Shown here piece by piece: positions 16,661 through 24,910 of a stretch of 32,000 nucleotides of DNA. The DNA is from Vibrio cholerae ATCC 14035 (lineage in GTDB: Bacteria; Pseudomonadota; Gammaproteobacteria; Enterobacterales; Vibrionaceae), in assembly GCF_000621645.1 (NCBI RefSeq), contig NZ_JHXR01000009.1, forward strand, positions 150,001-182,000, given 5' to 3'. The notes beneath the pieces were generated by a model. The model worked only from the letters and a program-made list of their open reading frames with translations, searched no databases and had not been told where the DNA came from. The translations under genes were made by a program, and so were the position numbers. Position 1 is the stretch's first letter. Every line of letters starts with the position of its first letter.

Positions 16661-16730
16661 AGGTCAGCACTTTGGCTAAAAAGATGAATACTTGATGTGG
16701 TAACGTCAAGCCGTTTGGTTAGCGCAATGA

Positions 16731-16757
16731 ATAGGGCAGGTGAAAAACCTGCCCTAT
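16731..16757. terminator. Hairpin terminator between the convergent HAD phosphatase and lipoprotein genes
   Basis: Stem ATAGGGCAGGT / ACCTGCCCTAT (11 bp, 5-nt loop GAAAA), followed on the + strand by GTGTTTGTTTG. Confidence 0.65.
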
Positions 16758-16776
16758 GTGTTTGTTTGTCTTGTGG

Positions 16777-17967
16777 CTATTTCGTCGGATAAATCGTCAA
16801 AGGCTCAAACGTCGCCGTTGCATTGCCGTTGGCTCCCGGATGATCGGTGTATTGTGTGTCTTGCATTAGGGTATAAAACACATCAACGAAGTCGTCATCA
16901 TTTACAAGGACACCATCGGGAATGGCCTCGATAATTTTTCCCGTGATCTGCGCAATAATCGCGTAGCCTTGCACTTCAGGATCAGGGATAAGTTTGAGCA
17001 CCTCTTCCGCCACTTTCACCAGTTGTTTCGCTAGTTCTTTATAATCCGTGCCATCATCTTGCTCCATGAGGATCATGTCCGCAGCACCCCAGCGATAGCG
17101 AGTCCAGTGAATGACTACCTGATTCGGGAAATAATCTTGCTTATCGTAATCCAGATAAGGCATATCAATCAGATCAATGGTTGGTTTATCGCGGCTTGGA
17201 TCAACTCCAGTGACTAGCGCATAAATTTCGGCACGGCCTGAAATCCAAGGTTCTTTGTCATCTTGCAGACGAATTTTCTTTAAAACAGTGGTGGAAATGG
17301 GCGCTGTATCGGCGGATGCAGAGCGACTCAAAGAACGTGTCGATGCTTCAATTGAGCTACTCTCTTGCGTAGACAATTGTGGGCTTTGCCCCAAGCGCTG
17401 CATTTCCGCCCGCATGGCTTGCAGACCCGCTTTGAGTTCGACGGCGCTGTCGTTATCAACTACAAAGACGGGAACATCTGGCAATTGGTAGACATCGAGT
17501 TGGTGGATTTGGCCATACACATCATAAGCTTCAATGTATTGCCAGCTATCATCGTTACCACTCGGCTCAAAAGCAAACAGCGGACTTTGTCCTTCTTGCC
17601 ACTCTTTGAGCATCGAAGCATCGGCCAAACGCAGTTGCAGAAGTTGCTCTGTAAACTGGTCAATACCTTTTAAGGTGCGCACATTCTTATCTGCAGAGCG
17701 TAACTGTTGGCTCATCTCAGTATTTGGCGCGGATTCCACCAGTTCAGAGACTGAAATGCTCAAGTTATCTGCACTGATTTGTGTTTTGAGTGTGTGCGCG
17801 TAAGCGGCATAGTTTTGGCTGAAGGATTCCGCCAATTGACGCTTTTGTGCAACGACGGCATCCGCCTTCGCTTGCGCTGTTAGTCCGGTGTTGCTTTGTG
17901 TTTCTTCTGATTGGCAGCCAACCAGTGCAACAGTCAGAAGCACTGCTATGGAGAGTGGTTTATGCAT
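16777..17967 (-). CDS. Lipoprotein of unknown function
   Basis: ATG 17967 gives MHKPLSIAVLLTVALVGCQSEE, a signal peptide plus lipobox LVGC. The mature protein is 396 aa, acidic and Ser/Gln-rich in the middle, with no catalytic motif I recognise. It may belong to a DUF family, but I cannot verify that. Confidence 0.8.
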   Translation of the reverse strand: MHKPLSIAVLLTVALVGCQSEETQSNTGLTAQAKADAVVAQKRQLAESFSQNYAAYAHTLKTQISADNLSISVSELVESAPNTEMSQQLRSADKNVRTLKGIDQFTEQLLQLRLADASMLKEWQEGQSPLFAFEPSGNDDSWQYIEAYDVYGQIHQLDVYQLPDVPVFVVDNDSAVELKAGLQAMRAEMQRLGQSPQLSTQESSSIEASTRSLSRSASADTAPISTTVLKKIRLQDDKEPWISGRAEIYALVTGVDPSRDKPTIDLIDMPYLDYDKQDYFPNQVVIHWTRYRWGAADMILMEQDDGTDYKELAKQLVKVAEEVLKLIPDPEVQGYAIIAQITGKIIEAIPDGVLVNDDDFVDVFYTLMQDTQYTDHPGANGNATATFEPLTIYPTK

Positions 17968-18232
17968 AGGTGAACCCTTTTCTTGTTGTAGTGAATAGAG
18001 CCATAGCTCTATTGGGCTCAAACTACCACGCTTTGCACGTTACACAGAGAGAAACTATTCAGCAGATTTATCTTTGTGGCTCAAGATCAAATTCTGCAAC
18101 ATAAGGGTGAGATTGCAGCATAAAGTGCTACTGTGCTCGGGTGAATGATTTTTAGAGTTGTCAAAGTTTGGTTAAACGTCGAATTATCTTCTGTTTCAAG
18201 CAATTAGCATCACGTAACCTATTTAAGGCATT

Positions 18233-18340
18233 TCTCCCCACTTGAAGGAGCAGTGTTCGCACGTTCGCTCATCCTAATCACATCGTTTGAGATGTTGATG
18301 AGGATAGACTCGTTTTTCGTTTCGCTGCCACTCCAAGTCG
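18233..18340. repeat. Degenerate ERIC/IRU-like imperfect palindrome (third copy in the window)
   Basis: The minus strand reads CTTGGAGTGGCAG ... ATGTGATTAGGATGAGCGAACGTGCGAACACTGCTCCTTCAAGTGGGGA. Copies 1 and 2 read CTTGGAGTTGCAGG ... ATGTGATTGGGGTGAGCGAACGTAGCCAACACCGCTGCAGCTTCAAGTAGGAA. One half is about 75-80% identical by eye; the other half is more diverged. It lies 13 nt downstream of the MCP stop. Confidence 0.55.
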
Positions 18341-18352
18341 TTTTGGGATATG

Positions 18353-20059
18353 TCAGGCATTGTAACGCGCGACTTCCTGTTGCATGCTCTCGGCGAGTCT
18401 TGCCAGCTCCAAGGTTGCTTCAGAGCTTTGTTGTGCTCCCAACGCGGTTTGGTTGGAGATTTCGCTGATGGTGATGATGTTTTTATTGATCTCCTCAGTC
18501 ACCGCACTTTGCTCCTCTGACGCTGTCGCAATTTGCGTGTTCATGGTCGAGATACGATCGACGTTAGCCGTAATTTGAGACAGCGCCGTCCCTGCCAAAC
18601 GTGCTTTTTCAACGGCTTTTGATGCTCCAGAAACCCCTTGTTCAATTAAATTCGCCGAATCTCGACTGCTCTGCTGTAAGCGCTGCACTGTCTGTAGGAT
18701 CTGTTTCGTCGATTCTTGGGTGCGGCTTGCTAAGGTTCTGACCTCATCGGCGACGACTGCAAATCCTCGTCCTTGTTCACCCGCGCGAGCGGCTTCGATC
18801 GCAGCATTCAGCGCCAATAAATTGGTTTGCTCTGAAATACTCTGAATCACATCCACAACACTGCCAATGTCTTCTGAATCTTTGGCAAGTAACTGCATGG
18901 CGGCAAGCATCTTTTGTAAATCGTTGGATAGCCCTTCAATCATCGCAATATTTTCCTCAACGACCTTGCGTCCCTGCATCGCGGCTTGTTCTGCTTCTTC
19001 AGAGGCTTCTGCAGCAAGGCCTGCACTTTGCGCGACTTCGTGTACGGTGGCGGTGAACTGATGGATTGCGGCAGCAATTTGCTGTGTTTGCGACTGCTGT
19101 TCGACGATGTTTTGCTTCGTTTGCATCGCAACGGCCGCGTTTTCCTCGGCAGCCGTCGCTAAAGCAGAGACTGAGTGGCGATTACTGCTAATGACTTCTT
19201 GAAAGCTCGTTACAATTCGGTTGACGTATTTAGCAATATCCGAAAATTCATCGTTCCCAGTGACGGGGATGCGTTGAGTGAGATCGCCAGCGGCAATATG
19301 GGTGGCAGAACTGGCTAAGTGGTGCACTGCATTATTGACTCGCTTAGCAATCAGTAGTGCTAAGCTGGTAGTCACTATCAAGGCAAAAGCACCCAGTAAG
19401 CTGACCATCCAGATAAATTGGTTAATCTCGTGTTGAGAGGCAGAAAAGTTATTTTTTCCTTCTTGGGTTTGAATGTCGAGAAAGGCTTCCGCCGCTTTTT
19501 TGATCTCGTTATAAAGAGGGTTAATGACTTGGAGCAGAATTAAGTTAGCCGCATCGTATTTTTCAGCCTTGAGCTGTTGGAGAGCGGGTTCAAATCCTTG
19601 ACGAGTGACTTGATCCAGCTTTTCTTTCAAGGTTTGGATCACGGCTTTTTCTTGAACATCCAATACGGTAGCCAATATTTCGTTATCCACAATACGGTGC
19701 AAATTGGTCAGCGATGTTTGGATACCTTCGACGTGCATTGTGATCGGATGATCATGCATCAGCGCGTATTTGGAGGAAGGGTCATGCTGGAAAGCTAACA
19801 GCAGTTGGCTGCGCGCGCTGCCTAACTCATCCAATATGCGTCCAGCACGAATCGTATGTTGCATTCCTTTTGTATAAAGCGATTCAATCGAATCTGAAGC
19901 ACTTTGCATGCCTGTCAAGCCTTTGAAACCCAAGAAAAGAATGGAAACCACGATCAGCACCACGATCAGTTTCAAGCGTAGGCCAACGCTATGCAGTGAG
20001 TTTGTAGTGCCCGCTATTATTGTGCGATGAGCATTGTTATGTTGATTGGATACCATCAT
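18353..20059 (-). CDS. Methyl-accepting chemotaxis protein (four-helix-bundle-type periplasmic sensor, HAMP, MA signalling domain)
   Basis: Two TM segments flank a helical periplasmic domain of about 190 aa, followed by HAMP. The highly conserved signalling hairpin is present ([37 protein letters not shown]). Start set at ATG 20059/20056 after GGGGGA; the 28-codon extension in the ORF track is unsupported. Confidence 0.9.
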   Translation of the reverse strand: MMVSNQHNNAHRTIIAGTTNSLHSVGLRLKLIVVLIVVSILFLGFKGLTGMQSASDSIESLYTKGMQHTIRAGRILDELGSARSQLLLAFQHDPSSKYALMHDHPITMHVEGIQTSLTNLHRIVDNEILATVLDVQEKAVIQTLKEKLDQVTRQGFEPALQQLKAEKYDAANLILLQVINPLYNEIKKAAEAFLDIQTQEGKNNFSASQHEINQFIWMVSLLGAFALIVTTSLALLIAKRVNNAVHHLASSATHIAAGDLTQRIPVTGNDEFSDIAKYVNRIVTSFQEVISSNRHSVSALATAAEENAAVAMQTKQNIVEQQSQTQQIAAAIHQFTATVHEVAQSAGLAAEASEEAEQAAMQGRKVVEENIAMIEGLSNDLQKMLAAMQLLAKDSEDIGSVVDVIQSISEQTNLLALNAAIEAARAGEQGRGFAVVADEVRTLASRTQESTKQILQTVQRLQQSSRDSANLIEQGVSGASKAVEKARLAGTALSQITANVDRISTMNTQIATASEEQSAVTEEINKNIITISEISNQTALGAQQSSEATLELARLAESMQQEVARYNA

Positions 20060-20333
20060 CCATCCCCCGACAAAAAGTAAAAAGTTAATGAAATTATACT
20101 GATTTGAGTATGGTCCAAACTGGATAATTGGATTGAATTTCATAACGTTATGATACGTAGATCATGATTTTTATGGATGATATTCACAAGGATGACGGTC
20201 TACTGACAATATCAGACACTGAAAATGAACCCACTGTTATAAAATACCCATTGAATGCTCTTGGTATATTGATGTTAATTATCATCACTATCCAGAACGT
20301 ATTTGAGAGAACCTTAATAACTGGAGTGGAGAG

Positions 20334-20735
20334 ATGCCAACAACCGATCAAGCGATAGCCATTACTTTGCCTTCTTTGATTCATCGTATAGGTAGCGATA
20401 CCGTTAAGCGATTGAAACTGCAGGCACAGACTTTTGATTGCGAGTTAAAGCGTATTCGTCGCTCGCGAAATTGGCAGTTATTAGGTGAAGCGGCCTCGAT
20501 GCAGAAATTTGTTATCCAAATCAAGCAGACCGAATATCAAGTTGCTGAATATCTGATTCGACGCGTGGAAGCCGGTTTAAGGCTGCCGAGCGACAAGATC
20601 GAACCCATCGAAGTCCAGCTGCAGCGTTTAGTTCAGCAAAATCCGTCCATAACCTTAGCGGAACTCATGGCAGCTACACATTGCAGCTTGATGCAGGCGC
20701 GAGCGGCTCGTTTTGCTGAGGAGAGCTTTGAGTGA
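20334..20735 (+). CDS. Hypothetical protein (133 aa), divergent from the MCP gene
   Basis: ATG 20334 is preceded by GGAGTGGAGAG. The product is basic and helical (…RIRRSRNWQLLGEA…). It vaguely resembles the ~130-aa proteins annotated as ribosome recycling factor family (RRF_GI-type) in Vibrio, but I cannot confirm this. Confidence 0.6.
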   Translation: MPTTDQAIAITLPSLIHRIGSDTVKRLKLQAQTFDCELKRIRRSRNWQLLGEAASMQKFVIQIKQTEYQVAEYLIRRVEAGLRLPSDKIEPIEVQLQRLVQQNPSITLAELMAATHCSLMQARAARFAEESFE

Positions 20736-20826
20736 CCTTTTTGATGAAGTAAGATTAAGTAGAATCTTTGCTTTATGTGTCGAATATAACTAGTCTTTAA
20801 TGAGTCTATAATTAAGGCATAGTCAA

Positions 20827-21600
20827 ATGCATATTATTCCTGTGGCGTCAGATCCCAAAACTTGTTCATGTGGTGTGAATGAAAATTCGCTAGATTTTGA
20901 TTTTACTATGGCATTTCAACCTATAGTAAATTGCAGAACGAAAGAAATATTTGGCTATGAAGCTTTAGTGCGAGGTTTAAATAACGAATCGGCTTATTCG
21001 GTTATTTCAAGAGTTAATGAAGATAATCGCTATTTATTTGATCAAATGTGTAGAGTTAAAGCGATTGCTCTTGCCGCCAAGTTAGGACTGACCAGTAAAT
21101 TAAGTATAAACTTTCTCCCCAACGCTATTTATGTGCCAGAGCGTTGTATTCGTACTACGTTAGAGGCCGCGAAACGTTACCAGTTTCCGATCGAAAATAT
21201 TATGTTCGAATTTACCGAGGCTGAGCGGGTAGAAGATGTTAATCACATAAAAAGGATTGTCGAATACTATAAATCTTTGGGTTTTCAAACAGCAATTGAT
21301 GATTTTGGTTCTGGCTATTCAGGGTTAAATTTATTGGCTGATTTTCAAACCAATATTGTAAAAGTGGATATGGGGTTGATAAGAAATATCCATGCCGATC
21401 AGGTTCGTCAGTCGATCATGAAAAACTGTTTAAAGCTGTTTAGTGATTTAAATATTCAACCGCTGGCTGAAGGTGTGGAGAGTCATGCTGAGTTTGCTTG
21501 GTTAAAAGCGGCAGGCGTTGAGTTAATGCAAGGCTATTATTTTGCAAAGCCCGGCTTTGAGAGCCTACCAAGTGTCAATCCTGAGTTCAGCGAAGCGTGA
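20827..21600 (+). CDS. Stand-alone EAL-domain c-di-GMP phosphodiesterase (PdeH/YhjH-like architecture)
   Basis: 257 aa, EAL domain only, with all catalytic motifs present: EALVRG, SINFLPN, EFTEAE, DDFGSGYSGL, KVDMGL, EGVESH, QGYYF. The gene is visibly AT-rich; for example, 20881-20940 is 19/60 G+C by hand count. Confidence 0.9.
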   Translation: MHIIPVASDPKTCSCGVNENSLDFDFTMAFQPIVNCRTKEIFGYEALVRGLNNESAYSVISRVNEDNRYLFDQMCRVKAIALAAKLGLTSKLSINFLPNAIYVPERCIRTTLEAAKRYQFPIENIMFEFTEAERVEDVNHIKRIVEYYKSLGFQTAIDDFGSGYSGLNLLADFQTNIVKVDMGLIRNIHADQVRQSIMKNCLKLFSDLNIQPLAEGVESHAEFAWLKAAGVELMQGYYFAKPGFESLPSVNPEFSEA

Positions 21601-21629
21601 ATTGTAAATTAGATTGGTTCTAAAACGGT

Positions 21630-21670
21630 GAAACCCCGACAGTTGGTAGCTATCGGGGTTTCGAATTTTT
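21630..21670 (+). terminator. Rho-independent terminator of the EAL gene
   Basis: Stem GAAACCCCGA / TCGGGGTTTC (10 bp, 13-nt loop) followed by GAATTTTT. Confidence 0.75.
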
Positions 21671-21749
21671 AGATTTCTCGGTTGGTAATGCCGATGATCT
21701 TATTTATGCAAAAGGCTGGATTTAATCCGAGTAATTCCTTGGTAGGGAA

Positions 21750-22028
21750 TTAGATACGGATGAAGTCCATGTGCTCAACTTTTGGCTTGTACGCGTGGCG
21801 TTGAACGTCTTGAGGCTTCACTTTCACTTCTTGGCCGTCGATAACCAGAACGATAGCTTCGTAAAACTCAGGCTTGTCCATCTGGTTCATCACGTCATCG
21901 TGGTTCAGTGAGATAGAAACTGGAGCTGCTTCACCACCGTAAACGATCGCTGGGAAGTAACCAGTGTTACGTAGGCGGCGGCTCGCACCTTTACCTAGAT
22001 CAGTACGTAATACTGCTTCGAATTTCAT
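21750..22028 (-). CDS. rplY: 50S ribosomal protein L25
   Basis: 92 aa from ATG 22028: [32 protein letters not shown]...[18 protein letters not shown]. It is collinear with E. coli L25 (…GKGASRRLR…PAIIYGG…DVQRHPYKPKLQHIDFVRA). Confidence 0.95.
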   Translation of the reverse strand: MKFEAVLRTDLGKGASRRLRNTGYFPAIVYGGEAAPVSISLNHDDVMNQMDKPEFYEAIVLVIDGQEVKVKPQDVQRHAYKPKVEHMDFIRI

Positions 22029-22049
22029 AGTATTTACTCTCAAATTAGT

Positions 22050-22089
22050 AAAAAACAGAGTGACAGGGCAATGCGACCTTGCCCGTGTC
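22050..22089 (-). promoter_or_regulatory. Hairpin plus U-tract inside the rplY 5' leader (candidate attenuator / autoregulatory element, or terminator of the upstream operon)
   Basis: The minus strand reads GACACGGGCAA GGTCGCA TTGCCCTGTC ACTCTG TTTTTT, then 22 nt to the rplY ATG. The stem is about 10 bp with one bulged C. Confidence 0.4.
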
Positions 22090-22131
22090 GTAGAGTTTCC
22101 AAACCTATAGGAGGGTCAGAAACGAGCGCGG

Positions 22132-22160
22132 ATACTAGCATTCATTGCTCTCTCGGGCAA
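22132..22160 (-). promoter_or_regulatory. Putative sigma70 promoter of rplY
   Basis: On the minus strand, TTGCCC (22160-22155), a 17-nt spacer, then TAGTAT (22137-22132). This would give a leader of about 100 nt containing the hairpin above. Pattern match only. Confidence 0.35.
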
Positions 22161-22185
22161 CTGAAAATCCGTTTTTGCACCGCAT

Positions 22186-23559
22186 TTAATGGGATTTGAC
22201 GGCTTTGGCTGCGCGAGTGGGTTGTTTTAAGGTCAGAGTGGCTTTTAAGCCGCCTAACTGACTCTCTCCTAAAGCCAATGCTCCACGATAACTGTGCGCC
22301 ATTTCACTCACAATATTAAGCCCAAGCCCAGTGCCGGGCGTGGTTTCATCCAAGCGCACTCCGCGTTTGAGGGCTTTTTCGCGGTTCGTTGCACTGATGC
22401 CTGCGCCATCGTCTTCCACGCAGATCTGTACCCAATCGTCACTCAGTATTTGGCTGTGTACACGAATTAAGCTGTTGGCCCATTTGTAGCTGTTTTCCAG
22501 AAGGTTACCGATCATTTCATCTAGGTCAGTCGGTTCAACGGCCACTTCTAAGTCCGAATCCAGCTCATTCACCAAGGTGATTCCACGTTCAGCGTAAACC
22601 TTATCAAATGCTTGTGAAATAGCATCGACTCGCGCACTGGGTGCGGTTTTAACCGAAAGAATATTGGCGGAACCCGCCATACGAGCACGCCCTAGATGGT
22701 AGTCAATTTGCTGCTGGATCTGCTCAACAGAAGGCTGTAACTGGATTCTGAGCTGGGCATCATTCAACTGAGTGACTTCGTTTTTGAGCACAGAAAGTGG
22801 TGTTTTTAATGCGTGGGATAAGTTCCCCGCATGGTGTCTGGCTCGCTCAAGCAGCTCTTGGTAATGAAAGAGGAGAGCGTTGAGATCATTGACTAGCGGT
22901 GAAATCTCTTGTGGGTAATCGCCATTCAACGCATTTTGCTGGCCATCTCGCAAGGCTGAGAGTTCGCGCTGCATTTTCGAAAGTGGGCGGAGTGACCACG
23001 TCACTTGTACGCCAGTTAAAACGAGTATCCCGCTGAACAATAGAGCCAAAATCATCCACAACTCTTTGCTCACGCGCTGTAGCGTGGCTTTTAGCGGGGC
23101 ATCATCTAAGCCTATCGTGATTGTGATGGGTTGTGAAAATTCGGGCAGATAAACCGTACGCTTTAATACAATTAACGATTCCTCTTTCGCGCCAAGATAA
23201 ATCGTACCGTGAACATGGGTTTCTTCGGTCAAAAAGCGATCCCACAACGAGCGTGAGCGAAGCGTTTGATCGCCTAAAGTGGCTGACCAGTAAAGGCCAC
23301 TATAAGGCTGGGTAAAACGGGGATCCGCAAGTCGAGTGGTGAGGGTTAATTGTCCTTGTGGATTGGCTTCCAAGTTGGCGGTGATCTCATCCATCGACAG
23401 TTGCAACTGGTTTTGCACATCTTCCAGCAAATATTGATGGATGAGATTTGGGATCAAATAGCCGGCGGCCAAGATCATCGCGCCCAGCCATAGTGCCGCA
23501 GCAAGGAGCAAGCGGGTTTTTAGGCTGAGATGACGTAACGCCCGAGATTTAATTGGCAT
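22186..23559 (-). CDS. Two-component sensor histidine kinase (periplasmic sensor, HAMP-like linker, HisKA, HATPase)
   Basis: Two TM segments bracket a periplasmic domain of about 140 aa (…DPRFTQPYSGLYWSA…). H-box: GNLSHALKTPLS. ATPase motifs: NLLENSYKW, DDGAGI, GTGLGLNIV. The start at ATG 23559 overlaps the response-regulator stop by 11 nt; ATG 23574 is an alternative. Confidence 0.88.
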   Translation of the reverse strand: MPIKSRALRHLSLKTRLLLAAALWLGAMILAAGYLIPNLIHQYLLEDVQNQLQLSMDEITANLEANPQGQLTLTTRLADPRFTQPYSGLYWSATLGDQTLRSRSLWDRFLTEETHVHGTIYLGAKEESLIVLKRTVYLPEFSQPITITIGLDDAPLKATLQRVSKELWMILALLFSGILVLTGVQVTWSLRPLSKMQRELSALRDGQQNALNGDYPQEISPLVNDLNALLFHYQELLERARHHAGNLSHALKTPLSVLKNEVTQLNDAQLRIQLQPSVEQIQQQIDYHLGRARMAGSANILSVKTAPSARVDAISQAFDKVYAERGITLVNELDSDLEVAVEPTDLDEMIGNLLENSYKWANSLIRVHSQILSDDWVQICVEDDGAGISATNREKALKRGVRLDETTPGTGLGLNIVSEMAHSYRGALALGESQLGGLKATLTLKQPTRAAKAVKSH

Positions 23560-24208
23560 GCAACTGATACCCAAGACCGCGCACAGTTTTGATCACATCC
23601 GGCGCAATTTTCTTACGAATGCGTCCGATGAACACCTCAATGGTATTGGAATCGCGGTCAAAATCTTGCTTATAGATATGTTCGACAAGCTCAGTGCGTG
23701 AAATCACTTTCTCAGGGTTATGCATGAAATAGGCGATCACTTTATATTCGAGGGCGGTGAGGCTAACCGCTTGCCCTTGCCACATTACTTTGGAAGTGCG
23801 CGTATCTAAACTCAGGTCACCGACTTGCATCACTGGGGAGGCATTGCCGGACGCACGGCGCAGTTGGGCGCGAATACGAGCAATCAACTCAACCATTTCA
23901 AAGGGTTTGGTGAGGTAATCGTCCGCTCCTGCATTCAAACCTTCGACCCGTTGAGTGAGGGTGTCGCGTGCACTCAAAATCACCACAGGAGTGTTGATGT
24001 TTTCGTCTCGAATGCCTTTAAGGACGGTCAAACCATCCAATTTCGGTAGACCGAGATCGAGTACGATGACGTCCCACTCTTCCGCGGTGGCGCGGTATAA
24101 GGCATCGATGCCATCTTGTGCCAGTTCGGGAACCCAACCTGTTTGCTCTAACGCCGAGAGGATCTGCTGGCCTAACTGAACATCATCTTCAACAACTAAT
24201 ATTTTCAT
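23549..24208 (-). CDS. OmpR/PhoB-family response regulator
   Basis: 219 aa with REC motifs (ILVVEDD, VIVLDLGLPKLDG, VVILSAR, YLTKPF) and a winged-helix trans_reg_C domain (LTALEYKVIAYFMHNPEKVISRTELVEHIY…IEVFIGRIRKKI…IKTVRGLGYQL). Confidence 0.93.
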   Translation of the reverse strand: MKILVVEDDVQLGQQILSALEQTGWVPELAQDGIDALYRATAEEWDVIVLDLGLPKLDGLTVLKGIRDENINTPVVILSARDTLTQRVEGLNAGADDYLTKPFEMVELIARIRAQLRRASGNASPVMQVGDLSLDTRTSKVMWQGQAVSLTALEYKVIAYFMHNPEKVISRTELVEHIYKQDFDRDSNTIEVFIGRIRKKIAPDVIKTVRGLGYQLHAN

Positions 24209-24219
24209 GGTCTGCTCGA

Positions 24220-24627
24220 TTATTTTTTGATGGCACGAATCACATTACGTCCGCGAATGGACATCAACTCCAATGTAGCGGCGTTGTATTCGACACGAAA
24301 GACTTGATTGTCATACACCAATTTCAGCTCATAAATCCACTCATCGTCATCTTCGTCAAGCTCGACTTTGATCAAACGCCCATTCAACTGCTGATCGACC
24401 GTGGCATAGAGCTCGGCAAAAGGGCGAATCAACCCTTTTTGGACGGCGCGATAAACGTCATCTTGGTCTTCATCAATTTCAATTTGCGTCCCTTCACGAT
24501 ACGAGCCTTGTTCCCAGTCTCGCACCTTGTTATCAGCGTGAGTAGGCAGTGCAAACCCTAGCAACAACAATAGGAGTAGGAGGCTGGCTTGCGGTCTTTG
24601 CTGAATACGAAAAATCTGCATAGTCAA
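24220..24627 (-). CDS. Small secreted PepSY-domain-like protein, first gene of the two-component operon
   Basis: 135 aa with a signal peptide (ASLLLLLLLLGFALPTHA). The C-terminal half has the PepSY-like pattern (…GRLIKVELDEDDDEWIYELKLVYDNQVFRVEYNAATLEL…). It ends 11 nt upstream of the RR start. Confidence 0.7.
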   Translation of the reverse strand: MTMQIFRIQQRPQASLLLLLLLLGFALPTHADNKVRDWEQGSYREGTQIEIDEDQDDVYRAVQKGLIRPFAELYATVDQQLNGRLIKVELDEDDDEWIYELKLVYDNQVFRVEYNAATLELMSIRGRNVIRAIKK

Positions 24628-24781
24628 TACCTGAATGTTGAATCTGTTGCCGAGTATAACGAGATAAAAATGAACAGAAAGTGAATTGCGAAACCCCCAT
24701 CGCTATGGTTTAGATGATGAACGTCTGCTTTGGGTTTGCCTAGTCTCGGCTTTCCCACTCTCTGTCTAATTTTGGTTTGTC

Positions 24782-24910
24782 TATACCAAAACTACTTGGA
24801 GTTGCAGGTAGGCGGCAAGAGAGTGAATCCCCATGAGCATAGATAAACTATGTGATTGGGGTGAGCGAACGTAGCCAACACCGCTGCAGCTTCAAGTAGG
24901 AATGGTATAA
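24782..24910. repeat. ERIC / IRU (enterobacterial repetitive intergenic consensus) element, copy 1
   Basis: An imperfect palindrome of about 129 bp bounded by TATACC…GGTATA. The core GAGTGAATCCCCATGAGCATAGATAAACTATGTGATTGGGGTGAGCG matches the ERIC core (GTGAATCCCCAGGAGCTTACATAAGTAAGTGACTGGGGTGAGCG; the ERIC1R/ERIC2 primer sites). It is near-identical to copy 2. Confidence 0.85.

Noticed and set aside
20164-20384. Overlapping 64-aa (+) and 66-aa (-) ORFs in the MCP / 133-aa-ORF intergenic region
   Set aside because: They form a mutually antisense pair in an AT-rich divergent promoter region. They have no RBS, and one overlaps the start of the better-supported 133-aa ORF.
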